Below, piece by piece: positions 48,647-60,293 of a stretch of 64,000 nt of DNA. The first letter of the stretch is position 1. Each line of letters starts with the position of its first letter. The DNA is taken from the NCBI GenBank assembly GCA_024679065.1, contig JAGIQG010000009.1:81406001-81470000 (forward strand), read 5' to 3'. Source of the DNA: Sphyrna mokarran. Its lineage: Eukaryota. A program made the translations under genes and the position numbers. A model generated the notes under the pieces. That model was not told the origin of the DNA and did not search any database. It worked only from the letters and a program-made list of their open reading frames with translations.

Positions 48647-48975
48647 CTAGGCACATTCTGAACTCCTGACACTCTTGCTGAGGGGAGAGGAGAGGCTCAC
48701 GTGGGTGAGGGCACAGGAGAAGCGAGCGTTGGACTCCCAGTCAGAGCCAGAGAGGGTCAGCAGGCTGCTGACGCTGTAGGTGTTGTCCGAAGCTCGCAGG
48801 TAGTTGCTGGTCTGAATCCCATTGGAAATGGCTGCACCATCCTTCTTCCACTTCACCTCCACCTCATCGGGATAGAAGTGATTGGCAAGGCACACCAGGG
48901 TGGCAGTGCCCTTGGTCTTGACCTCCTCCGGGGAGGGGGGCAGCAGGGTCAGCGTGGGTTGTGAATTCTCACGGG
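48647..48975 (-). CDS. IGKC: Ig light-chain kappa-type constant exon, cluster 3 (C3)
   Basis: Paralog of C1/C2 (LANHFYP instead of LADHFYP); ends SSECA*; acceptor ag at 48976-48977. Confidence 0.96.
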
Positions 48976-51900
48976 CTGAAAGAGAAGAGAAGGAATTTTA
49001 ATCACTGCCATTTTCAGCCTTTCATCATCCCGAATATTAACTGGGATCAAATCAGTGTCAATGATGTGATGTTGCACAATTCTGAAAATCCATTCCGGGA
49101 GAACGTTTTTAACCAGTACGGAGCAATCCCAACAAGAGAAGGGTCAGTTTTAGCAGTTTTAGAGAATGAAACTCAGCATGTGGAAGGTGTATCAGTGAGA
49201 GAGCATTTGGGTAATAATGATCATAATAGATTTAGAGTAGCTACGGAAAAGGGGAAAGATCGATCAAGAGTAAACGTTTTAAATGGGAAAAGGCCAATTT
49301 CACTAAACTGGAATTTGTCAAAATGGAAAGGAAACAGTGACTTGAAGGTAAATCAGTGTCAGAGCAGTGGGAGGATATTCGAGCTGGAGATAGAGTTCAG
49401 GACATATATGTTCATCAAGCAATACTGTGGGACATTGCAAAGAGAATAACTAAGTATTAAATAGGGCTGATTAGAGAGCAATTAGGTAACTTGTGTGTGG
49501 AAGGACAAAGTTGACATTGTGGTTCAGGAGAGGAGGTATTGTGAAATAATTAATGGGATAATGATAGTGAGCGAGGAGATATTAATGTGTTTATCACCAT
49601 TTGAAATGGAGAAATTCCCAGGGCCGGGTGAAATGTATCCCAGGATGTGAAGGGAAGAACAGGAAGAAATAACAGAGACTCCGACCATTATTTTCCAATC
49701 CTCTCTGTGTACAGGTGTGGTATGGGTGGACTGGAGGATAGATCATGCTTTTTAAAACTAAAAGCTGATGGAATCCGAGGGAAAGTGGCACATTCGAATT
49801 CAAATTACTTCCGTGTCTGAGGGTAAAGGTTTTGATTTGAAGCTGGTTAAATCATTTTGCAATCTTACTGAAACTGTAAACAAGATTAGTACAAATTCAG
49901 CACTGAAATGGTTAATACTGAGAGTATTTAAAGACACGGTGTCCCTTTAAGAGACTGTTAACAAATCAGGAAGCTGGAACTATTGCTCAGTCTGTCTGGG
50001 GGAAACAGGTTGAGCATCAACAAACCTCAGATCACACACAGATCAGGAGAACTTTATCCCAGAACATTGGAGCAGACTTGGATCAACACACTTCACAAAG
50101 GATTCCCATTGGCTGGTGTAGAAGCTTCTAGATTTCATTTCAAACCTTACTGTCCAGCACTGGGCTGAGGTCAAGGGTGAGGCTAGAATTCGTCTCAGTG
50201 TCCAGGGGTCAGACAGGGTCACTGCTCCGAATGACCCCATGAACTCTGGAGGGTATGAGTATGTGGAGAATGGGTGAGAATCTTCAATCTCAAAGACGGA
50301 ATTACATTTCTACAGCACCTGTCACCGCCTCAGAATGTCCCAATGTGTTTTACAGCTCATTGTGCACAGCAAGATCCCAGGGAGCAGAGTGAGAAAGAAC
50401 AGATAAGCAGACCTGAGGCGATATTTATTGAGGGATGAATATTGACCAGTTCACTGGGGTGAACTCCCCTGATCTTCTTCCAATAGTACCATGGGATCTT
50501 TTACACCCCCTGAGAGGGCAGATATCAGATTGTCTCATCTGAAAGATGGGAGGCCTGTAGTTTAGAGGGGGGGATATGACAGGTACTGGCCCTTTCCCCA
50601 TGAAGATTTTGGAAGTGGATGGGGAAAGTGGGAGGTGAACTAGAGAAACATCTTTGTTGCTGCTGAAACTCTTGCTATATGCTCAGTCGCAACTAATAAA
50701 CACACAGACACATCAGACAAACATCAGTCTGTTTCTGTGGATTCTCTGCTGCTTTCAGTTCAATGAAGAGTGCAGGAGGACATGCCAGGAGCAACAACAG
50801 ACAGACTGAAAAATGAGGTGTTAACCTGGTGAAGCTACAACACAGAGACTGTGTGCCAATCAGCAAAGCAGCAAGTGATAGACAGAGTTAAACCAGCCCA
50901 CAACCAATGGATCAGATCTAAGCTCTGCAGTCCTGCCACATCCAGCTGTGAATGGTGGTGGACAATTAAACAACTCACTGGAGGAGGAGGCACCACAAAT
51001 ATTCCCATCGTCAATGATGGAGGAACCCAGCACATCAGTACAAAAGATAAGGCTGAAGCATTTGCGGAAATCTTCAGCCAGAAGTGCCGAGTGGATGATC
51101 CATCTCGATCTTCCCTGGACGCCCTGAAGACTTGTGCTCCAGAACTTCCTGCGTCCCTAACCAAGCTGTTCCAGTACATCTACAACACTGGCATCAACAC
51201 AACATTGTGATAAATTACCCGGTTATGAACTGTGCACAAAAAACAGAAAAAATCCAATCTACACAATAACCACCCCATCAGTCTACTCTCGATCATCAGC
51301 AATGTGATCTGAACATATCCAGAGCGATACCAAGCAGCACTTACTCAGCAATAATCTGCTCACTGACACTCAGTTTGTGTTCTACCAGGGTCACTCAGCT
51401 CCTGATCTCATTACAGTCTTGGTTCAAACATGGACAAAAGAGCTGAACTCCAGAGGTGAGGTGAGAGAGACTGTCCTTAACATCAAGGCAGCATTTCAGC
51501 AAGTGTGGCATCAAGGAGCCCTCACAAAACTGGAGCCAATGGGAATCAGGGGAAAACTCTCCACTGGTTGGAGTTGTACCCAGCACAAAGGAAAATGGTT
51601 GTTGTTTGGGGTTTAACTCTACAATCTATCTTAATGAGCTGGATGAAGGGAATGAGAGGAATGTCACTAAACTTGCTGATGAGAAAATGAAAAACAGAAA
51701 TGCATGTTGAGAGGAGGATACAGAGTCTGAAAAGGAATAGAGATAGGTTCAGTGAGTGGGGAAACATCGACAGATGGGGAACAATATGGAAAAATGTCAG
51801 ATTGTCCACATTGGCAGGAGAATAGAGCAGAATACTAGTAAACTGGAGAAATTCTATTGAGTGATCTGGGTGTCTTTGCATCCAGGAACAGAAAAATATT

Positions 51901-54900
51901 TGGAAGGCAAATGGAATGTTGCTCTTCATTCCAATGAGGATGAGTATAAAAGGAGGGATGTTTTGCTACAGCACATTGGGAAAATCATACTTAGAATATC
52001 GTGGACACTTAGGGTCTCCTTACTTAAGGAAAGATATAGTAGAATTGGAAAGATTTCAGAGATGGTTCACTGGGCTGATTCCACCACGTAAGGGATTGTC
52101 TTACGAGGAAAGGTTGAGCAGGTTGGGCTGATACTCATTGGCGTAGAACTTATTTCACCACCTCAGCACCATCTTCACCAGGGCAATTAGGGATGGGTGA
52201 TAAATACTGATCTGCAGAGAATCACAGGAAATAGGAACAGGAATAGGCCATTTGGCCCTTTGAGCCTGTTCCACTATTCATCATGGTCATGGCTGATCAT
52301 CCAATCAGTAGTCAGTTCCTGCCTTCCCCGTCAAATTATTTCATCCTATTCATGTCAAGAGATACTTCTAACTCCTTCTTGAAAACGTACAATATTTTAG
52401 CTTCAACTGCTTTCTGTGATAGTGAATTCCACACGTTTACCCCTCACTGGGTGAAGGAATTTCTCCTCACCTCAATCCTAAAAGGTTTACCCCATATTCT
52501 CAGACTATGATATTTCATACTGGATGCTTCGTATATCTCTCCTGACTAATCCTGTTGGAATTTTATAGGTTTTTATGTGATCCCCATCATTCTTCTGAAC
52601 TGCAGTGGGGGCAGCACGGTGACACAGTGGTTGGCACTGCTGACTCACAGTGTCACAGGCCCAGGTTCAATTGCCAACTTGGCTCACTGTCTGTGTGGAG
52701 TTTGCACATTCTCCCCATGTCTGCATAGGTTTCCTACAGGTACTACTGTTTCCTCCTACAGTCCAAAAGGTGTGCAGGTTCTGTGAATTGGCCAAGCTAA
52801 ATTCTCTGACAGAAGAGATACCGGAATGTGGCCATGTGGGTATTTTCTCAGTGACTTCATTGCAGTGTGAATGTAAGTCTACTTGTGACTAATAAATAAA
52901 CTTAAAAAAAAACCCAGTGCAATCTCTCCTCCAACATCAATCTCACTATCACAGAAATCATTCCAGTAAAGATTTGCTACACTTCGTCTGTCGCAAAAGC
53001 ATCCTTCCTCAGATAAGGAGATAAAACTGTACACATTATTCCCAGTGTGGTCTCACCAAGGCCCTGTATAACTGCAGAAAGACAGAATTACTAGGGACAG
53101 GGATAGGGTAGATACTTGCTGTGATCCTATGCAGACCAGTGTTTATCATCCATCCCTAATTGCCCTGGTGAAGATGGTGCTGAGGCGGTGGAATAAGTTC
53201 TATTCCAATGAGTATCAGCCCAACTTACTCCAGCTTTCCTTGTAAGACAATCCCTTACTCAGTGGAATCAGCCTCGTGAACCATCTCTGAACTCTTTCCA
53301 AAGGAAACTTTTCCCCTTAATCACAGAGACAGCAGATTCTGAGGGAATTGAGGGGAATCTTTTCACTCAGAGGGTGTTGGGAATCTGGAACTCACTGCCT
53401 GAAAGGATGGCGGAGGTGGGAACCTTCACAACATTTAAGAAGCATTTAGATGAGCACTTGAAATTCCAAAGCAAACAAAGCAACAGACCAAATGCTGGAA
53501 AATGTGATTACAATAGATAGATGCTTAATGGCCGGCACAGACATGGACAATAGAATCTCTAAAGTGCAGATGGAGACCATTCAGCCCATCGAGTCTCCAT
53601 CAACTCTTACCCCATAAACCCCATGTATTCACCTCACTATTCCCCCTAACTGTTAGAATTTTATAAGTCTCCATGAGTTACTTCCTCATTTCTCTTCATT
53701 TGCTTCCTCTGAACTCCAGTGAATATAAGTCTTAACCAACTCAATCTCTCCTCATACATCAGTCCCATTACAGCAGGAATCTGTCTGGGATACCTTCTCT
53801 GCACTTCCTCTACAGCAAAAATATCCTTCCTGAGATAGGGAGACCAAAACTGTGCACAATATTCCCAGTGCTGCCTCACCAAAGTCCTGTATAACCGCAG
53901 CAGGTCAGAATTATGAAGACATAGAGCAGATACGAAAGAACTTTTCCCCTTTTAGCAGTAGATTCAAAAACCAGGGAGCATAGATTTAATTTCAGAAGCA
54001 GAAGATTTTGAGGGATTGGAGGAAAAACCTTTTCACTCAGAGGGTGTTGGGAATCTGGAACTCACTGCCTGAAAGGGTACTAGAGGCAGGAACCCTCACA
54101 ACATTTAAGAAATATTTACATGAGCATTTGAACTTCCAAAGCATACAAGGCTACTGATCAAGTGTTTGAAAATGCTATTAGAATAGTTAGGAGCTTGATG
54201 GCCAGCAGATACAGGATAGGCTTTCGGGCTTCTTTCTGTGCTGTAAATTTCTACAGCACTCTGACTGAGCCAAGATGGCTGAGAATATAAAGTCACCAAC
54301 TTCTGGAAAATTCCAATATGCATAGAACATAGAACATTACAGCGCAGTACAGGCCCTTCGGCCCTCGATGTTGCACCGACCAGTGAAACCAATCTAATGA
54401 CCCTCTAACCTAAACTATTCCAATATTATCCATATGCCTATCCACTGACCATTTGAATGCCTTTAAAATTGGTGAGTCCACAGCTGCTGCAGGCAGGGCA
54501 TTCCACGTCCTCACTACCCTCTGAGTAATTGCAAAAGTCTGCAGGTCAGATGGATTGGCCATGCTAAATTGCCCCTCGTGTGTTCTTTAGGTGGGTTAGC
54601 AATGGTAAATGTGCAGGGTTACAGGGAGCCTGGGTAAGAAGCTCTTTTGGAGAATCGGGTGAAAAGATTTCCCTCACGTCTCTCAAAATCTGCTGCCTCT
54701 GTGATTAACGGGAAAAGTTTCCTCATATCTACCCTATCGCCGTTTCTCGTAATTCTGTCGATGGTCCAAATATCCTCCTCCTGCACTGTAGGGATTCAAT
54801 GGCTAATAAAAAACTACACGGACTGTGTAAGGTTTTCACAGTGAAGGGATCCATTTTAAATGATCCGTGTTGTGACCAATCAAGGGCGGGATTCCAGCTG

Positions 54901-55612
54901 ATTATTCCTCATCCAGAGGAAAACAAAACTGGGATCCTGTTCAGGAAGTTAACAAATGAGGGACCCTGCCTGTGGACTGGTCACAACATGTACACAGCAA
55001 GATCCCACACACAGTAATGAGAACAATCAGCATTTTCAGTGATGTTGGATCCAGGATAAATGTTGGATTGAACTCGTCCCAAAGAGAAAGTAACAAAAAC
55101 CTGGAACACTGAAGCCACTGGATTGTGAGCCCTGCTGTGGCTGTTTGTCATCAGAACTTCAGCAAGAGATAAGCAGGGAGTGGAGAGAGCAGAGTGAAAG
55201 CTGGGGCAGGTGGCACCTCGGTGTCTCACTGTGCTGCTGCTGTGATCAGTTATATCAGAGAGTGAGACAGAGAGTTCAACTTCACATCAAACTCTGCCTG
55301 TGTGTGTCACACTGAGACCGACAGGAGTCTAGAGAGTGATTTCACTCCATGCTGCAGGAATGTGAACACAGTCTGCAAACGTCCAGATCTCCTCCACACG
55401 GTGGGTAAAAGCTGCTTACTGAAATCTTGCTGTTTAAAGGGGGGAATGGAAGGAAAGAAATACAGCTGGATTCCCTGTTCAACACAATGTTCTTCAATCA
55501 ACCATTTCATTGACGGCAACTTCCTCACTAACACCTTCAACTATTCAGTATTTGTGTTTGAGAAAGTTTCAGCATTGAAAGGGTTAATAACGGAGGATTG
55601 GGCTTTACTTAC

Positions 55613-55647
55613 TCAGTCTGAGTTTGGTTCCTTTACCGAATGTAAGG
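55613..55647 (-). CDS. IGKJ: Ig kappa-type J segment J3 (LTFGKGTKLRL)
   Basis: Canonical FGxG motif; GTAAGT donor; adjacent 23-RSS. Confidence 0.95.
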
Positions 55648-55686
55648 CACACTGACAGCTTCCAGTGCAGGAGCTGTACAAAAACC
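55648..55686 (+). promoter_or_regulatory. 23-RSS of J3
   Basis: CACACTG-23-ACAAAAACC. Confidence 0.95.
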
Positions 55687-55963
55687 TCTGTCTCTGACTC
55701 ACTCACTCACTCATCTCTTTCTCTCTCACTCTTTCCCTCTCACTGTTTCTCTCTCCCTGTTTCCCTGAATGTCTCTGTGTTTTATTGGGAGAGTTGAGAA
55801 TTTTAATTTGAGATGATAAATCTTTCAGTTGCTCTTCATATGTGAACATGGAGAGTAAGAGAGAAACTTGAGGCCTTCAGTGAGCGGTGGACATCACAGG
55901 GACTGAAGTGTGTAGTGGACAGTGCAAATAATTTGTTCAGCTTCCTTCCTTGTGTTTGTTAAG

Positions 55964-56440
55964 TATTATATAAAACTGTGGGATGTGTCAGTACAGGAGG
56001 TGGGACTGTGTGTCCATTATCATATATTATATAAAACTGTGGGATGTGTCAGTACAGTAGGTGGGATTGTGTGTCCATTATTATATATTATATAAAACTG
56101 TGGGATGTGTCAGTACAGGAGGTGGGACTGTGTGTCCATTATTATATATTATATAAAACTGTGGGATGTGTCAGTACAGGAGGTGGGACTGTGTGTCCAT
56201 TATTATATATTATATAAAACTGTGGGATGTGTCAGTACAGGAGGTGGGACTGTGTGTCCATTATTATATATTATATAAAACTGTGGGATGTGTCAGTACA
56301 GGAGGTGGGACTGTGTGTCCATTATTATACATTATATAAAACTGTGGGATGTGTCAGTACAGGAGGTGGGACTGTGTGTCCATTATTATATATTATATAA
56401 AACTGTGGGATGTGTCAGTACAGGAGGTGGCACTGTGTGT
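55964..56440 (+). repeat. 61-bp minisatellite between J3 and V3, 8 units
   Basis: Units start at 55973 through 56400 in 61-bp steps, with a few point variants. Confidence 0.98.
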
Positions 56441-56445
56441 GTTGG

Positions 56446-56473
56446 TGTTTTTGTTAGGCTCTGTATCACTGTG
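56446..56473 (-). promoter_or_regulatory. 12-RSS of V3
   Basis: Minus strand CACAGTG-12-ACAAAAACA (nonamer 8/9). Confidence 0.95.
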
Positions 56474-57006
56474 TAGGTGTAGCTGTTATATTGCTGACAG
56501 TAATAATCAGCGACATCCTCATTCTGAACATTGCTGATTGTCAGGGTGAATCTTGTCCCAGATCCACTGCCGCTGAATCGGTCGGATACTCCTGTGAATC
56601 GAGTTGTTGCCTCATAGATCAGCAGAGCCGGTTTGTGTCCTTCTCGCTGTTGGTACCAGGCACAATCATTGGTAATGCCTTGACTGGCCGTACAGGTGAT
56701 GGTGGCGGTCTGGCCCAGGCTCACTGACAGCACCGGGGGAGTCTGTGTCATGATGATCTCTCCATTGATACCTGAGGGGTAATAGAGAAACAGAGTGAAG
56801 TCAGAACTGTCACAGAAAGAGGCTGTACAATGAGATATTGTTGGAGACACTGACTGTTCCTCTCCTTTCAGCATTTTCCCTTCGATCACAGTGCAGGAGA
56901 ATTGGATTGAAATGGAGAGCAGGAAAATATTCAAGGTGGAAGGAGAGAGATTAGTACCTGCGATGCAGAATGCCAGAGGCCAGAGCAGCTGGATGGCTGA
57001 AATCAT
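56474..57006 (-). CDS. IGKV: Ig kappa-type V gene V3: leader exon 57006-56958, intron, V exon 56771-56474
   Basis: Same structure as V2; CDR1 [14 protein letters not shown]2 EATTRFT, CDR3 QQYNSYT; open frame. Confidence 0.96.
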
Positions 57007-57065
57007 GGTGTGTGCTCGTGTCCCTGTGCCTGTTACTGATAAACTCTCCCTTCACTGGGCTCTGC

Positions 57066-57162
57066 TTTATAAAGCTGCAGCCTGTGAGAGTCTCACTGCC
57101 TGTTCCTCAGTTTGTAAATGGTCTGACCCAGAGAAACCACGTCAGCACCTTTCACTTCCTCT
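57066..57162 (-). promoter_or_regulatory. V3 promoter: TATA 57066-57073, ATTTACAA 57112-57119, TGACGTGG 57137-57144, Ets-IRF element 57149-57162
   Basis: Same motif order and sequence as the V2 promoter. Confidence 0.7.
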
Positions 57163-59575
57163 TCTTCTCTCTCCAGAGTGTCTGAGGGACAGAGGCTGAG
57201 GGTCTCTATCCCTCAATCTCTGTCCCTCAGTCTCGATCCCTCAGTCTCTGTTTTTCACTCTCGCAATATCTCTCCCTCACTTGCTGTCTCTCTCTCTCTC
57301 AATTTTTATCCCTCAGTTTCTCTCTCACTCTCAATCTTACTCTCTCGATATCTGTCCCTCAGTCTCTGTGTCCCTCAATCTTTTGATATCACTCGGTCAA
57401 TGCTGTCTTTTTCACTCTCTGAGTAACTCTCCATTAGTCTATGTTTCTGTCCATCATACTCTCATTGTCCCCCTTTTTTGTCCTTGCTGTCTCACACTCT
57501 TTGTTTACCCTCTCATTCACTCTTTCTCTCTTCTCATTCTCCCTCCCTCTATTCCTCTCAGTTTCTCCCTCTCTTTATCTCATAGAACCATAGAGGTTTA
57601 CAGCAAGGAAAGAGGCCCTTCAGCCCAACTTGTCCATGCTGCCCTTTTTTTTAAACCCCTAACTCCAATTGGTGCATTTGGCCCATATCTGTCTATACAC
57701 ATCTTTCCCATGTAACAACCTAAATGTTTTTTAAAAGACAAAATTGTACCCTCGTCTATTACTTCTTCTGACAGCTTATTCCACCTCTGTGTGAAAAGTT
57801 TGCCCATTTGGACACTTTTGTGCCTCTCCCCTCTCGCCTTAAACCTATATCCTCTAGTTTTAGAATCCCCTACCTTTGAGAAAAGATATTGATTATCTCG
57901 TTGATCCATGCCCTTCATTATTTTATAGACCGCTATAAGGTCACCCCTCAGCCTTCTATAGTCCAGACAAAAGGTCCCAGTGGATCCAGCCTCTCCTGAT
58001 AACCCAAACCATCAAGTCCTGATAGCATCCAAGTAAATCTTTTCTGCACTGTTTCGAGTTTAATAATATCCTTTCTATAACAGAGTGACCACAACTGTAC
58101 ACAGTATTCCAAGTGTGGCCTTACCAATGTCTTCTACCACTTCAACATAACGTTCTGACTTCTGTGTTCAATGTTCTGACCAATGAAACCAAACATGCTG
58201 AATTCCTTCTTCACCACTTTGACCACCTACGACTCCACTTTTAACTGCGAGCTATGAACATGAACCTCTAGATTTATTTCTTCTGTAACTCTCCCCAGTG
58301 GCCTCCCAGTAATTGAGTAAGTCCTGCCCTGGTTCAATCTACCAAAACACATTACCTGGCATTTATCTAAATTAAACGCCAATTGTCATTCGTCAGTCCA
58401 CTGGTCCAATTCTGTTTGCAATTGGAGATACTTTCTTCACTGTCCACTATGCCACCAATCTTGATGTCATCTGCAAATGTATTAACAATACCTCCTATAT
58501 TATCATCCAAATCATGAATGTAAATAACAAATAACAGTGGACCCAGTATTGATCCCTCTGGTACATTGCTCTTTCTCTTTGTTCCTCTGTATTCTCACCT
58601 CACTCTGTCCCAGAAGAGGCAGCATCCTCCTGGTATCCACTCTGTCAGTCCCCTCACAATCTGATATGTTTCAATAAAATCACCTCTCATTCTTCTAAAC
58701 TCCAATGGGTTCAGGCCCAACCTTTCCAACTTTTCTTCATAAAATAACCCTCACCACAGGAATATGTTGAGTGAATCTTCTCTGAACTGCTTCTAACACA
58801 ATGATGTCCCTTTTTCAAATAAGTAGAGCTAAACTGTACACAGTATTCCAGATGTGGTCTCACCGAGACTCTGTACAGCTGTGGTAAAACTTCCCTATTT
58901 TTATATTCCATTCTCCCTGTAATAAACACCAACATTCTGTTTGTTTTCCTAATCACTTGCTGTACCTGCAGATTAACTTGTTGTGATTCATGTCCCAGGA
59001 CAGCCAGATCCCTCTGTGGCACCGAGTTGTGCAATCTCTCTCCCTTTTAATAGTTTACTGCTTTTCTATTTTTCCTGCCAAAGTGGACACCTTCACATCT
59101 ACCCAGGTTGTACTCGAAATGTTTAGCCACTCACTTTCCCGGTCTCTATCCCTTTGCAGACTCTCTATCTCTTCGATAACTTATTTTTCCCACCAATTTT
59201 AGTGTCATTGGGACATTAGTTCCATTCATTCCCTTAATCCAAGTCATTGATATGGATTGTGAACAGTTGTGGTCCCATTACTGATTGTTCCAGAACCCCA
59301 CTAATAACAACTTCCCAACCCCAAATCAATCATTTATCCTCTCTCTCTTGTTTCTATGAGGTAACCAATCCTCTATCAATGTTAATATGTTAACCACACA
59401 CCATCACATCTTGTGTTGTAACATTTGATGTGGTAATTTATCAAATACCTTTGCGAATTCCCTGCACATCATAACCAGAAGATCCCCTTTAGCCATTTTG
59501 TGACCTCCGCAAAAGTGAACAATGACATTTGTATAACAGAAAGAAACTGCTCCACATCGACCATGATGTCCATGT

Positions 59576-60293
59576 CCCATTGGAACCTCCAATACGGACC
59601 AGTAAACATGGGCCTCCTTCCCACTGGAGCCTCCAATAGGGACCAATAAACATGGGCCTCCTTCCCACTGGAGCCTCCAATAGGGACCAATAAACATGGG
59701 CCTCCTTCCCACTGGAGCCTCCAATGGGGACCAGTAAACATGGGCCTCCTTCCCACTGGAGCCTCCAATAGGGACCAGTTAACATGGGCCTCCTTCCCAC
59801 TGAAGCCTCCAATAGGGACCAGTAAACATGGGCCTCCTTCCCACTGGAGCGTCCAATAGGGACCAGTAAACATGGGCCTCCTTCCCACTGGAGCCTCCAA
59901 TAGGGACCAATAAACATGGGCCTCCTTCCCACTGGAGCCTCCAATGGGGACCAGTAAACATGGGCCTCCTTCCCACTGAAGCCTCCAATAGGGACCAGTA
60001 AACATGGGCCTCCTTCCCACTGGAGCCTCCAATGGAGACCAGTAAACATGGGCCTCCTTCCCACTGAAGCCTCCAATAGGGACCAGTAAACATGGGCCTC
60101 TTTCCCATTGGACCCTCCAATCGGGACCAGCAAACATGGGCCTCCTTCCCACTGGAGCGTCCAATGGGGACCAGTAAACATGGGCCTCCTTCCCACTGGA
60201 ACCTCCAATAGAGACCAGCAAACATGGGCCTCTTTCCCATTGGAGCCTCCAATAGGGACCAGTAAACATGGGCCTCCTTCCCACTGGAGCCTC
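59576..60293. repeat. 44-bp minisatellite (~16 units) upstream of V3
   Basis: Same unit as 32226-32768, with a different copy number. Confidence 0.95.
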
